Notes under the pieces: model-generated
What the model was told of the DNA's origin: nothing
The model's input: the letters and a program-made list of their open reading frames with translations, nothing else
Database searches by the model: none
NCBI GenBank assembly: GCA_040285825.1
Contig: JAUPSS010000003.1
Span: 1,054,001-1,118,000 of the forward strand
From: Eukaryota sp. TZLM1-RC
Taxonomy: Eukaryota; Protista; Metamonada: BaSk clade
Length of the DNA stretch: 64,000 bases
Direction of reading: 5' to 3'
Made by a program: the position numbers and the translations under genes
Shown here: piece by piece, positions 23,346-36,492 of the stretch
Position numbering within the stretch: position 1 is the stretch's first letter
How the letters are laid out: each line of letters opens with the position of its first letter

Positions 23346-24089
23346 GTCAGTGATTTTTTTTCAATATCGATTGCTCTTTTGTCGTTTCCGTTTTCATATG
23401 GAATATTCACTTGTTGGTCTGTTTAATTTTGAATAGCACAGAAAATACAAAAGAATGGGAAAAAATGGAAAAAATAGAAGGCATCTACTATAGGCTGTAA
23501 CATAGTAAGGGTTATAGTTGTGTAGCTCTTCCAATCACTATTGCCTACTTCCGGTGTTGCCAGCCGTGTGATTACCTTTGTGGCTTGTTTCAAATAAATG
23601 CCTTTGGATCCAAGATTACTGATTTAATAAGGGTTCAATACAAGATATTTCAAGTGTAGTTGTTGAAATTCGAGAAACACAAAGTTTGTAATAAAAAAGG
23701 TAATCAAACTTAATCCAGGTATTAGGGAAATAAATCACATTTTATTCTATTTTTCTCTGTTTTAGAAAGACCTATTTGTTCTTCTGTCCTTCAAGTTCCT
23801 TCTCCGAAAAATGTTGGCCTTTGTGTGAGGTATGAATGTAAAAACAACTTTTGTTTGACTCCTAGACTCTATATCTCTTGTTTTCAAAACAACAGAAAAC
23901 TCAATTTGTGATTATTTCTTCATTTTTCAAACACAATTATCATCGTGAGTGTTTCATTCCAATCATGGAATTGAATATATTGTTTTTATTATATTAGATA
24001 ATTTTCCACTGGATCCTTGCTTCTACTAAAAAGTAAAAATTATTGAATTCTGATGAAAAGGAAGAACAGGCTACACAAATTACCTAAAA

Positions 24090-24470
24090 GCGACATGTAC
24101 TGTCCAAAGAAGAGAAAAGTCCTTCAAATCTTGTCAAAAGATGCCCGTTTGTCAAACAACGGCTCCAGTAAAACAAACAATAACACCTACCACTGATCTT
24201 TGAGGACAGATCATCCTTTTGTCAGATTAAATGTCTATACAATTGGGCCTCTCAACGCTGATAACGAACTAAAAGTACACTTCTTAGTTTGTGAACAATT
24301 ATTGATTGGATATACAATTTGAGTCCGTTTATAGGAACTCAAAGCCTTAAAAATGGCAGTTGCTTTGATTTGGAACGTTTACACATTCTTTGGCATGTTT
24401 ATGTTAAATCATAATGATAAAACTCCAAATTTGGTCGATGGGACTTTCAAAATAGTGTTTGACAGATTAA
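24090..24470 (+). pseudogene. Decayed Ty3/gypsy integrase remnant
   Basis: Frameshifted KRCP.CQTTAPV...DHPFVRLNVYTIGPL aligns with KRCPACQKTAHV...DRPFARLNADTIGPL in the pol at 53.9 kb. Confidence 0.7.
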
Positions 24471-24499
24471 TTATCTTTTTGTAAACATATTTATTTATC

Positions 24500-26320
24500 G
24501 AATAAGGAATATCAAATCGTCAAATACACAACTAAAGCTCCACATCCTGAAAATCTGCCTCCCTTTCTTCAAAACAATTAACTACTAAACATTCAGAAAA
24601 TTTTCCGAAAGAAAAGATTGAATCAGAAATTAATTTCACCATTTCCTTAAAAATTAAAAAAAAACAATCCTGTTCTGCCAGTAAACACGATTGAAAATTC
24701 TTCCAGTTCCTTCCTTTACAACTACAAAAAAATCCTTGAGGAAAGCCACAGCAGCCTTACCTAAAGATCCAAGCAAGGAAAAAACATAAAGGGACATAAA
24801 TTATTTTGGACATGAGAATTTTCATTTACAGAAGATATAGATTTCGCATATTCAGCAATTTTGTATTATTCGCCAGCAGAAGAGGATTATTGACATCTGA
24901 GTTAATCAAATGTTTGTTAGAAGAATTACAAAGGTCTATGGACATGGCATCTGAAATAGTGAAGCTTCTATTTAAGCCGGGAACAACCAAATCACCTTTT
25001 GTCAGACCCAGAGTTGCTCTGTTGTAGCGTGAACTATCAATAGTGTGGTCATCAAGAATTAATTTTGATAACAGCCGTTCTAAAAAAGAATCTACTCGAT
25101 ATGATTTGCACATTACATAATTTTGGTCCCTGATATTATTATGTACTTTACTTCTAAAGGTAATAAAATGTTGACAGTTCAAAAGATGAGTAAACAAAAG
25201 AGGTTTATCACATTTAAATGTTAAACGAATGGGCAAATTGTTTGGTCATAGAAAACAACGAAAACGCATGCTTAAAAGCTATGCACTGTTTTTTTAAAGA
25301 AGTCCATAAATAGAGGGAATTTGAGTAACTAATGCAGCAACAAAAATATTACGAATGTCCTTTAGATAAGTTTCCGAAAGCGGGATTTTTACTTTTGGCA
25401 GCCTAGTCTTACTTCTTAATCCAAGCTTTCATATAATTTAACCAAATGTTGTGGAAGCTTTTTCAGGCAAAAACCTCAATTTGGGAGTGAATGGTTGGGA
25501 ATTTCTTGATCATCCTGAGGAAAACCCTGGATCCAGATATCACTGGGCAAATTTTCTAATTCAAATCGAAGTTGACTTAGGTAGAAATTTGATTCACCAT
25601 GGATCAAATGAACATCATAAGGGAACCTTTGGAAAAATTCGAACAAAAATTGCCACCTCTCAAAAATGCTGCTTAACAACAAATAGGCAGAACAAAATAA
25701 ATGACTTCGAATCAAGGATTCTTTTACTTCCATTAAAGAATGAAAAAACTTGACCCGAAGTTTGTTGAAAGATATGCAAAAATCAAATGATACCGAGGGA
25801 TACCTTAAAATATGAGTGAATTTTCCCGAATAACAAATTTTTAAATTAAAAAATGTGATGTATTTTTCAATGTCGCATTCAGCAATAGAACTAAGATCCT
25901 GGCCAAATTTCTCCAATAAAGTGTTCAACTGGGAATTAATTTTCAATCAAATTACCAAGCCAACATTCAAGAAACTCGAACGCTTGTTGGTCATTATTAA
26001 TAAAAGGAATCTGAGCACCATCAAGCAATAAAGATTGTTTTGTTCTACCAATTGAGAGACATTTAGATGGATTCAAAGCTAATCCAATTTCTTTGTATTT
26101 CGCGACAATGCCTTCAGAAACCCTACAAATGCTTTCAGAAAAACCGATAATAGAAAAATCATCCATACAAGCAACAGTACGCAATTCGGGGAATTCTTTT
26201 TGAGTCATTTCAATAATATTATGAATAGCCGAACAAAAGAGCAAAGGGACAAGAGGGTCACCTTGTTCCACATTAGAAGAAGATTCTAGGGTAAAGGTGT
26301 CAAAAATCAATTCACTGGTA
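24500..26320 (-). mobile_element. Decayed CRE-like LINE (further subfamily)
   Basis: VEQGDPLVP, CMDD, KICYSGKFTH, HNNIRDQ, GDLVVPG fragments. Confidence 0.85.
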
Positions 26321-26339
26321 CAAAATCGGACCACCACAA

Positions 26340-27124
26340 ACAGACAATAAACCTCTTCGTTTCTTTGATTTTCTTAAAGCAATTTTGGAAATATTTCAAA
26401 AATACTTCTGCTTCTACTGATAGTCTTCCATTGATAGAAAATGGGAAAGCAATAAAACAAATGATCTGTTTCTATCAGCATTAGGTTCTTCTTATTCAAT
26501 GTCTTTGTCATATTTACTATGTTTTTTTTCGCCTTATATTCAAGAACTTTGACAGGATTAAATTTCCTTCTTTGAACCAAAGTGTAATTGGCAACATTAC
26601 AGGAAACAAAATGACAAAAACTTCAGAGTTCTCATTTCAATCACAGTAAATATCACCTCTGTCATCAAAACCGTAATTATTTAATGACAATTTTTCTCTC
26701 AGTAAAGGCTCACATACACGAGATTCTTGCATTTCTTGCCATATTAAAAACAGTGTCTCTGAAATGCAAGGAAGAACGATAAGTTATCAATTTCGGACAA
26801 TTTACAGCATGACGTAGAGTGAGCTATAATGAATTCGAACAAATACATGTTTCTTTCAATAGAGGTTGGTCATTAGGGATATTCAGATATACTCTCATTT
26901 TTGTTATAAACGCTTCATTATAGGCACCTAGCCCAAACTTTCGTGGTACAATGGTGACAAATAGTGACCAATCTCATGACCTGTTCTCACACACACCTTT
27001 TTTCAATCACAATAAAGATTTTGATCTGCAACAGCCGAACTGCACATATTTTAAAAGAAATCGACTTCATACTTTTTAATTATTCGTTTTTTTAATGTTC
27101 GAAGTTTGTATTTTATATTCAATC
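26340..27124 (-). mobile_element. Decayed CRE-like family C fragment
   Basis: Reverse-strand homology to 39340-40100. Confidence 0.8.
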
Positions 27125-27135
27125 AATTCTTAAAT

Positions 27136-30100
27136 TTTTTTCCCTCCCACCCTTCATACCCCTCTGTTTTTCGCTCGCTGTTGTACTTGTTTCTGTGGCT
27201 TGAAAGATACATCACGCATTAAGTTCACCTGAGTGGGATCATGACGCAGAGTTTTGTAGCCGTCCCGTGATGGTTCGAACTTCACCTCACTCATCCCCGC
27301 TTCCTACACCACTTTCTCTTTCTTCATTTTCGAGTAAAAAAATTCGAAATTAACATCACCAAAAAAGTCATTTTTCAGAAATCATTCCAAGTTTTCTCAG
27401 GTGCCTACAGATCCTTCTCGCTTAAGTCAAAACACCATTTCAAAATCCCTAAAAACCAAAGTTTCAATGAAAAATTCTTTTTTTACTTGTGCTGCACATC
27501 CTAGTAAACTATCAAGAACGTAGAGAATTTATAAATGTAGTTATTGCGGTGATTCGTCACATATTATTTTGACTTGTAAGAACAAATTAAAAGACAATGA
27601 CGAACTTAATACTGAAAAATTTGTTTTTGAATCTTCGTTAATAAATACTGAGCCTCAAAATTCAAACATATTTGCGGAAGATTTGAATTCTAATTCTTTG
27701 ATCTTATCTAACGTTGACCATGATGCTCCAGTTCGTCTATCTAACACTTGTATTTTTTGTTCAAAAGATCTAACTGAGTCAGTCAACGGTCGGCCAGTTT
27801 TATTTTGTAAATCATGTACTGCCGACGATACCTTGAGACCCCCTGTAAAAATTCCTGTTGACACCAGCCCCGCAAGTTTCATTCCTTTGTCTTTGGAACT
27901 GCAAAAATTTTCATCTCAATTGAAGAATAAAAAAAATTGGGCCATTACTGATTTGTGGAATATTTTGCAAACAAAGTCTCTTTTGAAGAAACCACGTAAA
28001 ACAAGACTTTCAACGTCACGTGCACAAAAAACCAAATTGGTAAGAAAATGTGTCTCAGAGGCCGTTATGGTTCAGCTAAAAAAGTTAATTTATCCTCTCA
28101 ATTGGCTGAGCTTTTTAATGACACAATGAGAAAATTGGAAAATCTTCATTTTGTGGAAAATTTCTGTTGTCCGAAGCCAAAAATTGGAAAGTTTTGGACT
28201 GATGCTTTGATCAATTCATCTGAAGTACAGACTGCGATCAACCATCTTCCCAAAGATAAAGCAGAAGATCCATCTGGTATTTCGTTTGATATTTTGAAAT
28301 CCGCTTGCAGGAAAGCTCCAGAAAGATGTGACGATCTTGCAGAATATTTTCAAAATCTGGTTTGTCTCAATACCATTCCTCCGACTGAATTACTAGCTGC
28401 TTGCTTGATTGCCTTAATAAAACTTGGAAATGGTAAGAAGCCAGATGGAATTCGTCCAATTGACATTGGCGAATCAATTACTCGCCTTTTTGCTTCAATT
28501 GTGTTTAATCGTGTTGCTTCCAAGGCTGCAAAATATTTAACACCTTTTCAATCTGCAATTGAAACAATTGATGGTGCATCAGTTGCTGCATTGACTGCTG
28601 TTTTATTTTTTAATTCTAATAATCAGAATTATATTTTCAATTTAGATTTTAAGAATGCTTTCAATTCTGTACATCGATGTGCAATTTATGATGTTATCCA
28701 AAGCGAATTTCCAGATTTATCCAGCTATTTTTATTTATTTTATGGTAAAGCCAGTGAAATAATTTATGAATCTTATACTTTATTTTGGTCTTCTGGAGTT
28801 AAGCAAGGTGATCCCCTTGGGCCATTACTCTTTTGTTTAGCAAATCACAAGTCTTTGATTCATTTCAGTAATCGCTATCCGATGTTGAAGATAGTAGGAT
28901 ACATGGATGATATCTCAATTATTGTTCCATTAAATGTTTTAAATGAAATTGCTTCTGAAGCCTCACTGTTTTACAGAGATATTGGTCTTTTGCTTAATAC
29001 CGACAAATGTCTACTCATAGGAAAGGTAAAGATAGATTAATCATTGATGGTGTTGAAATTCCTTTTCTTAACTATTCCTCAGATGCTTTTCGTTTCTTAG
29101 GATGCTGGCTTGCTACTCTGGTAAAATTACTCACATTTTAAGAACAACATCTCTTGATATTTCACGTGAGTTCTGCCGCCCATTTAACTATTTGAAAACA
29201 AAATTTTTTGCATTTTTGATTGATGTCAATCCTGATCTAATTCGAAGTCATGTATTTTCATCATCTAATTTTGGTGGAATTAATTTCACTAAATCGTCTA
29301 TTCTCTGTCAGGCTGCATATCTTGGTGGAGGGAAAAATTTTGTTTTTGAATTTTGCAACCGTTTTCTCAATGATGTTAATTTATTGAATTTCACAAGCAA
29401 TAATTTTCTTAGTGACCTTCGAAATGCTTTTGATTGTTTGCCCTCTGAAATCTGGAGTAAATGTTTTCCCGACAATGTGCAGGAAACACCATCTAGAACA
29501 CTAGTTAATTTGAGGTATTGTGTTAAAAAATTGCAACAAAGGTTAACAATAATTTTTGAAGGCTTGGATTTTAATGTTCGTCTTGGCTCGGCCAAAAAAG
29601 ATAATCCTGCTTTCGCAAATTTTTTGTTAGATGCCCAAAACAGTTCCTCTTCGTGTTTGATTACTCAGATTCCTCAAATTTATGGTCTTCTTTTAAATGA
29701 TACCAAATTTTCTTGCACAATGCGCCTTCTTTGTTTTATTTGGCCTGATAACGTGCCTCATAATTTGATTTGTAAATGTGGATCAAAAATTTCTCCAAAA
29801 TCATTTATTCAATTGTAAACATTTTATTACTTTCCGATCAAAAGTTCATGATGCAGTAAGAGATCAGCTCTATTGTATGTCAAAGTCACACAGAATTGTT
29901 TTCTATTTAGAACCATTACTTTCCCGTTTGGTTGATGAAGATACTTTGAATTCGTTTGGTCGAAATAGAGCTGATTTAATGCTTGAAGGTCTTGAAGGTA
30001 CTACCATTATTACAGATGTGAGATCCACTGATGTCTGTAATGATTCCTTTATTCCAATGGCTCAATCAAAATGAAAAGACCCCTTAACTGTTTCCGAAAA

Positions 30101-30472
30101 AGCCAAAATTGACAAATATAAAGCAAAATTGTTATCCTTGAATGCAGAATCGCATACTCATTATGTCCTCTGTCCTTTTGCAGTTCCCCTTTATGGAACG
30201 CTTGAACCTCTTGCTTTATCTTGTCTGGATGATTTTGCTGAAATTGTGAAACAACGTACTGGAAGAGTTTTTGGCAAAACAGAATTGTATTTTCAATTTT
30301 CAAGGGTGTTGTTCCCTTATTATATTCAGCTTTGTTATCTCTTGGACGCTTTTATGAAAGAAAAACTTGCAGTCAATTCTTCTTGGCTGATTTGGGTTAT
30401 GAAGACACAGAATTTTGACCTTGTCGTATAGTTTGTGTTTGTTGGAATAAATAAAAAGTGGTTTAAAAAAAT
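27136..30472 (+). mobile_element. Near full-length CRE-like LINE, family B (3.3 kb, ORF decayed)
   Basis: 11-bp TSD AATTCTTAAAT at 27125-27135 and 30473-30483; 5' UTR, N-terminal Zn motifs, RT (IRPI, LDFKNAFN, GVKQGDPLGP, YMDD), knuckle, RADL endonuclease, A-rich tail. Confidence 0.92.
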
Positions 30473-30519
30473 AATTCTTAAATGATGAAATTCAAAAAGA
30501 CATTTTTTCTGTGTTGAGG

Positions 30520-31492
30520 ATGTACAAGCTTGTTCTTCTTATCAGTGTTTTAGCATTAGTGGTTAACTGCCAATACTACCTACAAAGCCCAATCGTTCAT
30601 CGCGTTAATTCAGCAAATGCTCTCTGGTATGCTGCTGTTTCCGATCGTTTCGTAGGTTATACAACTGAAGACTTGGACAATTACTTCAATGCCCAAGTCG
30701 ACACCTCTGATGTGCCAGCTGAGACTGCAGCTCAGATGGGAATCTTTAACGCCCCAAAATCTTACGATGTTCGTGAAGCCACTGGATGTTCTAAGTACTC
30801 CCTTGACCAAGGCAGGTGTGGTAGTTGTTGGGCATTTGGAGCAATTAGTCAGTTTTTTTATTCCTTCGTCTTATCTCAGGATCCACTACTGATCGTTTCT
30901 GCCAAGCCCTAAATGACACTTCTTTCCCTCTTTTATCTCCCCAACACCTGGTTTCATGTGATTGGGAAGGAAATATGGGTTGTAATGGAGGTTTTCCCGC
31001 TCTCGCCATGAAATATATCGAGTTCTTAGGTATTACTACTGAGGAATGTTATCCTTATGTCTCAGGCAAGACCCAAAAGAGCGAAAAGTGTAAGACCAAG
31101 TGTCATGATGGATCTGAAATGAAACGCTACCATCTCCACAAGTTCTCCACACGTTCCTACAGAAAAGAGGAAGATATGATTGCTGCCCTGATCAAATACG
31201 GCTCTGCTGAAGTTGCATTTACTGTATATGAAGTTTGTTTTATTTTTATATCTCATTTCAGGATTTTATGAGCTACAAAGGTGGTATTTATCATCACGTA
31301 CAAGGTCGTCAATTAGGTGGACATGCAGTAACTCTCATTGGTTATGGAGAAGAAAATGGTGTCAAGTATTGGTTATGTGCCAACTCTTGGGGATCCACCT
31401 GGGGAGAGCAAGGAACTTTCAGAATCTTGAGAGGAAAGAATGAATGTGGCATTGAATCAAATGGAGCTGTAGGTGGAACACCCAAGCTTTAA
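30520..31492 (+). CDS. Cathepsin B-like papain-family (C1A) cysteine protease (three exons)
   Basis: Signal peptide, DQGRCGSCWAF, GCNGG, FTVYEDF, GGHAV, ANSWG; frame restored by introns 30848-30879 and 31233-31261. Confidence 0.93.
30848..30879 (+). other. 32-nt intron GTCAGT...TTATCTCAG
   Basis: Removal gives GAIRSTTDRFC. Confidence 0.85.
31233..31261 (+). other. 29-nt intron GTTTGT...TTTCAG
   Basis: Removal gives the conserved FTVYEDFMSYKGG. Confidence 0.92.
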
Positions 31493-31654
31493 ATTGTGCT
31501 GATTTCATGTCTCTTACAGTATTCATGTATAGAATAAACTTCTTTTAAACAATTGTTTTTCTTAGAAACAGTTTAACTTTGGTGAATAAAAGAACGATGA
31601 ATTCAAAAAGGATAAGACTTTATTAAATGAATAATGTACAAAATGCGAAATGAT

Positions 31655-31942
31655 CTATAGCTTGTCGCAAACAGGATTGCGTGAAACAGCAGTGTTTAAT
31701 GCATTATTGCGATATACTCCGCCATTAAATGTTTTCGTAAAGTCCCCTGTACGTCCATTCCATACTAGGGGCATTGCTTGAGTGTTTGGAGGCATGGAGC
31801 CGTACTGTGAATTTGAAGTGCGATACAACGGATGAACTGTCTTAGATTCTGGATATTGAAAACAAGTGGGGTTTTGAAAGCGTTCAGGTAGTGGAGGAGT
31901 ATCGCACAAACGACTATCAGTTGTCTCGGATGTTCCATTCAT
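31655..31942 (-). CDS. PIERCE1: PIERCE1/C9orf116-like ciliary microtubule inner protein
   Basis: LPERFQNP..F....HPLYRTSNSQYG..PP....P....G..G.FT.....YRNN.LNT. Confidence 0.85.
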   Translation of the reverse strand: MNGTSETTDSRLCDTPPLPERFQNPTCFQYPESKTVHPLYRTSNSQYGSMPPNTQAMPLVWNGRTGDFTKTFNGGVYRNNALNTAVSRNPVCDKL

Positions 31943-33784
31943 GATGATGCAAGTGATTCGGAATAAGTTGATTCGAGAGTTGGAGTTCAAGAAAACTGTT
32001 TGTTTTTTGATGTTACCACTGATGGAGTTACTTCAGCAGTGTTTGCTACAGATGTTCTATTTCATCAAAATGAATCCAATGTATGTCATTGGATTTTAGC
32101 AATGCCTTCAATTCATCGTTGCAGTATTCATGGCGCTTTGATACATTATTTGCAAGAATTAATGCCTTATTTTCAAACAACTTATTGCAAAAATTCTGAT
32201 TTGCATTTTGGTGATTCTATATTGAAATCATCAAGTGGTGTTAAGCAAGGAGATCCCTTAGGCCCTCTTTTGTTTTGCTTGGTCATTCATCCTATTTTAT
32301 TACAATTTCAAGAGATGTTTCCTTCGCTAAAAATGATTGCTTATATGGATGATGTTGTTCTTATAGGTGAAAAGTCTTGTCCCAATTACAAGGATGTAAA
32401 ATGTCCCAAATTCCTGATCACGCTTTTCTTAGTCGACATTATGGAGGTTTAGGTTGGACAAAGGCCTCAATTCTTACTTCTTGTGCTTTTATCGGTGGAT
32501 GTAGAAATGCAATTTTTGAGTTTTCTGAAAAATTTGCAGATTGGGAAGACTTATTAATGACAACGCAAAGTTCTACTATTTTTGCATTAAATGAAGAAAT
32601 TTCAAAAATTGATGTAGAAAAATGGAGTTGATGCTTTCCCCAATCATTCAATTGCAATATTCCAGAAAGGAATCATCGAAATTTAAAATACACTCTTCGA
32701 ACATTACAGACACTATTAACTGGAATGTATGAAAATGAGCTTTATAAAAATATATGCAGCTCGGCTATTTTAAATCAAGATCTTCACTCATTGTTATTGG
32801 AAAAAGTGTTTGTGAAAATCAGTCATCAGATTCTTCACTGTTTGTGACCATTGTGCCACGAAGATTTAGACCGAATGTGTGCTAATAATGAAGCGTTTGT
32901 AACACCAATGAGATTATATTTGAATTTTCCCATTAATGTTGGCGCCCTAAGGCTTATATGTTATGGTTAGAAAATAAATCAACTTTTCCTCGTTGGCCTT
33001 ATCTTAACCACTTTTCCAACCTACGGCATCAATAATTATTGGTCATTTAGGTTATAGGTATACCACTTTGATAACATTCAGCTTTTCTACAGAGGATATC
33101 TTTAGCAAAGATCATGTCAGTTCTTTTCAGCCAAAACACTGACACCGTAAAAACTAACATGCAGGAACATAACAGGGATGCAAAGAGCATACAAACAGTA
33201 GCAGTAGGAGAAGTAGTAGAGACTAGTAAAGTCGAGGACTACCCTCCTCAAGGAAAACCGATGGAAACAGGCATGGAACCACCTCCCGCCTCTTCCAAGT
33301 CCAACTTAATGCCACAAAAGGGTTCAGGAACGGGACCACCCCCCTCCTCACCAAAAAACTCAAATGTTGGTTCAAGTTCTGAAACTTCGACAGTCCTTCA
33401 AGGATATGAAGAATTTCAGTCCGTTTTAGACGAACTGGATGACGATGAGAAAGAACTTCGCCAACAAATCATGAAGGATGCAGAAGCTCACCTCGAACCT
33501 ACAAATTACTGTTTGTTTGAGCAGCTCCCTCCTTTATGGAAGCAAATTCCAAAGACAGGAAGATGACTCCAATGATGAATTATACAAACTCCTAACAAGG
33601 ACACGGGGCCTCACCTCGAATCAATGGACTTTTATCCATTCGAGCAGCTCCCTTCCTTATGGAGCCAAACACGAGAAAAGTCGACCAAATACGAGGTTAC
33701 GAGTAGAAACTCCACCTCCACTGTTATTGTATTACAATGCAAAGATACGGGCCTTGCTCTTCTGATATTTTTAGTCGTAAAGCC

Positions 33785-34455
33785 TTTTTTTTAACTAAAC
33801 TGGAATATTCATTGAGATAAAAATCTATCTAGAATTCAATATCCCCCAAACAAGCGTCACTATTACTGAACCTACTCACAGCATTACGTTCATATTCTAC
33901 ACCAATAGCTAAAAGAGCCTTTGAAATCACTGTTGGAATAGACTTGAAAATGCAAAAAACAATTCTATTTAACCAGAAAGTGGATTTCATTGTTTTACCA
34001 GACCTATTCAGTAACACTTTTTTGAAGTTTTCAAAACAATGCAACTTTGAAGGTCCAATATTGCCAAAAAGAGAAATTGCAAACAGCACAAACTGATATT
34101 TCACATGTTCCACTCTACCTAACTGTGCCAAAGGTTCTTCATATTTTTTTATCTTCTTTTTTTCGGCGTTAGATAACGGCGAATCAGCGGAATACACTAA
34201 ACGAGCAGCAGAATTTTTGCAAACATCAACTGAGACAACATCTACAACATTGAGAACACCATCGATCCCTGGAGCTACTAAATCTGCCCTTCTTTTACCA
34301 AAGGAATCATCAGTTTGATCTGAAGACAGCTTACGTACTAATGGCTCAATAAATGCCTCTATATTGAAACTTTTGCACATGGCATATATTTGATCACGAA
34401 CTGAGTCATGAAACAATTGAGCGATAAGTTATAAAAAACTTACAGTTCAAAAAAT
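33785..34455 (-). mobile_element. 5'-truncated CRE-like family A insert in TRIM unit 1
   Basis: Endonuclease ORF 33829-34416, poly(A) tail, 11-bp TSD GTCGTAAAGCC at 33774-33784 and 34456-34466. Confidence 0.9.
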
Positions 34456-35819
34456 GTCGTAAAGCCAAAGTACTTTAACAACAAAAGACGCCGCCTTCAG
34501 GTTTCTGAGGTTTGTTACTTTGCTTACTGTTGTTTTTGATCTAACATAGACCCTGCATAATCATCAGCGAATCCATTCTTCGATTCCATGATACCTTTAC
34601 TAAACGACACTACCACTTTTCTCGTTTACGAAAAAGGGAAGAAGCAGAGCGTCTTTATGTAGCGAATAAAACATACACAACAAAGTATTCAAACACACAG
34701 ACTTGGAACGAGGCCCTTTCCAGTTATTGCTGACTACCTTATACTAACATTGTTCTGGGAGAGTCATAGTCCATCAATTGTCGATCTTCAAAATGTGAAC
34801 CCAGTGTTTGTGTGAATCCCAATCACTACAAAGATAATTGTAGACAATAGAAAACAGTAGAATTCAGTATTTAGTTCTTAGTATTTATAGTTATTTAGAT
34901 ATTTGTTATAGTTTTGTCTCATATTCATATAAGCTGATTTATTTTGAAAAAGGGAAGAAGCAGTGTTGGCGCCCTAAGGCTTATATGTTATGATCAGAAA
35001 ATAAATCAACTTTTCCTCGTTGGCCTTATCTTAACCACTTTTCCAACCTGCGGCATCAATAATTATTGGTCATTTAGGTTATAGGTATACCACTTTGATA
35101 ACATTCAGCTTTTCTACAGAGGATATCTTTAGCAAAGATCATGTCAGTTCTTTTCAGCCAAAACACTGACATCGTAAAAACTAACATGCAGGAACATAAC
35201 AGGGATGCAATGAGCATACAAACAGTAGCAGTAGGAGAAGTAGTAGAGACTAGTAAAGTCGAGGACTACCCTCCACCCCTCCTCAAGGAAAACCGAAGGA
35301 AACAGGCATGGAACCACCTCCCGCCTCTTCCAAGTCCAACTAAATGCCACAAAAGGGTTCAGGAACGGGATCACCCCCCTCCTCACCAAAAAACTCAAAT
35401 GTTGGTTCAAGTTCTGAAGCTTCGACAGTCCTTCAAGGATATGAAGAATTTCAGTCCGTTTTAGACGAACTGGATGACGATGAGAAAGAACTTCGCCAAC
35501 AAATCATGAAGGATGCATAAGCTCACCTCGAACCTACAAATTACTGTTTGTTTGAGCAGCTCCCTCCTTTATGGAAGCAAATTCCAAAGACAGGAAGATG
35601 ACTCCAGTGATGAATTATACAAACTCCTAACAAGGACACGGGGCCTTACCTCGAATCAATGGACTTTTATCCATTCGAGCAGCTCCCTTCCTTATGGAGC
35701 CAAACACGAGAAAAGTCGACCAAATACGAGGTTACGAGTAGAAACTCCACCTCCACTGTTATTGTATTACAATGCAAAGATACGGTCCTTGCTCTTCTGA
35801 TATTTTTAGTCGTAAAGCC

Positions 35820-36492
35820 TTTTTTTTAACTAAACTGGAATATTCATTGAGATAAAAAAATCTATCTAGAATTCAATATCCTCCAAACAAGCGTCACTAT
35901 TACTGAACCTACTCACAGCATTACGTTTATATTCTACACCAATAGCTAAAAGAGCCTTTGAAATCACTGTTGGAAGAGACTTGAAAATGCAAAAAACAAT
36001 TCTATTTAACCAGAAAGTGGATTTCATTGTTTTACCAGACCTATTCAGTAACACTTTTTTGAAGTTTTCAAAACAATGCAACCCTGAAGGTCCAATATTG
36101 CCAAAAAGAGAAATTGCAAACAGCACAAACTAATATTTCACATGTTCCACTCTACCTAACTGTGCCAAAGGTTCTTCATATTTTTTTATCTTCTTTTTTT
36201 CGGCGTTAGATAACGGCGAATCAGCGGAATACACTAAACGAGCAGCAGAATTTTTGCAAACATCAACTGAGACAACATCTACAACATTGAGAACACCATC
36301 GATCCCTGGAGCTACTAAATCTGCCCTTCTTTTACCAAAAGAATCATCAGTTTGATCTGAAGACAGCTTACGTCTTAATGGCTCAATAAATGCCTCTATA
36401 TTGAAACTTTTGCACATGGCATATATTTGATCACGAACTGAGTCATGAAACAATTGAGCGATAAGTTATAAAATACTTACAGTTCAAAAAAT
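35820..36492 (-). mobile_element. Same CRE-like insert in TRIM unit 2
   Basis: TSD GTCGTAAAGCC at 35809-35819 and 36493-36503. Confidence 0.9.

Noticed and set aside
27231-27293. tRNA gene
   Set aside because: About 63 nt with no proper D or anticodon arms; kept only as a structural note
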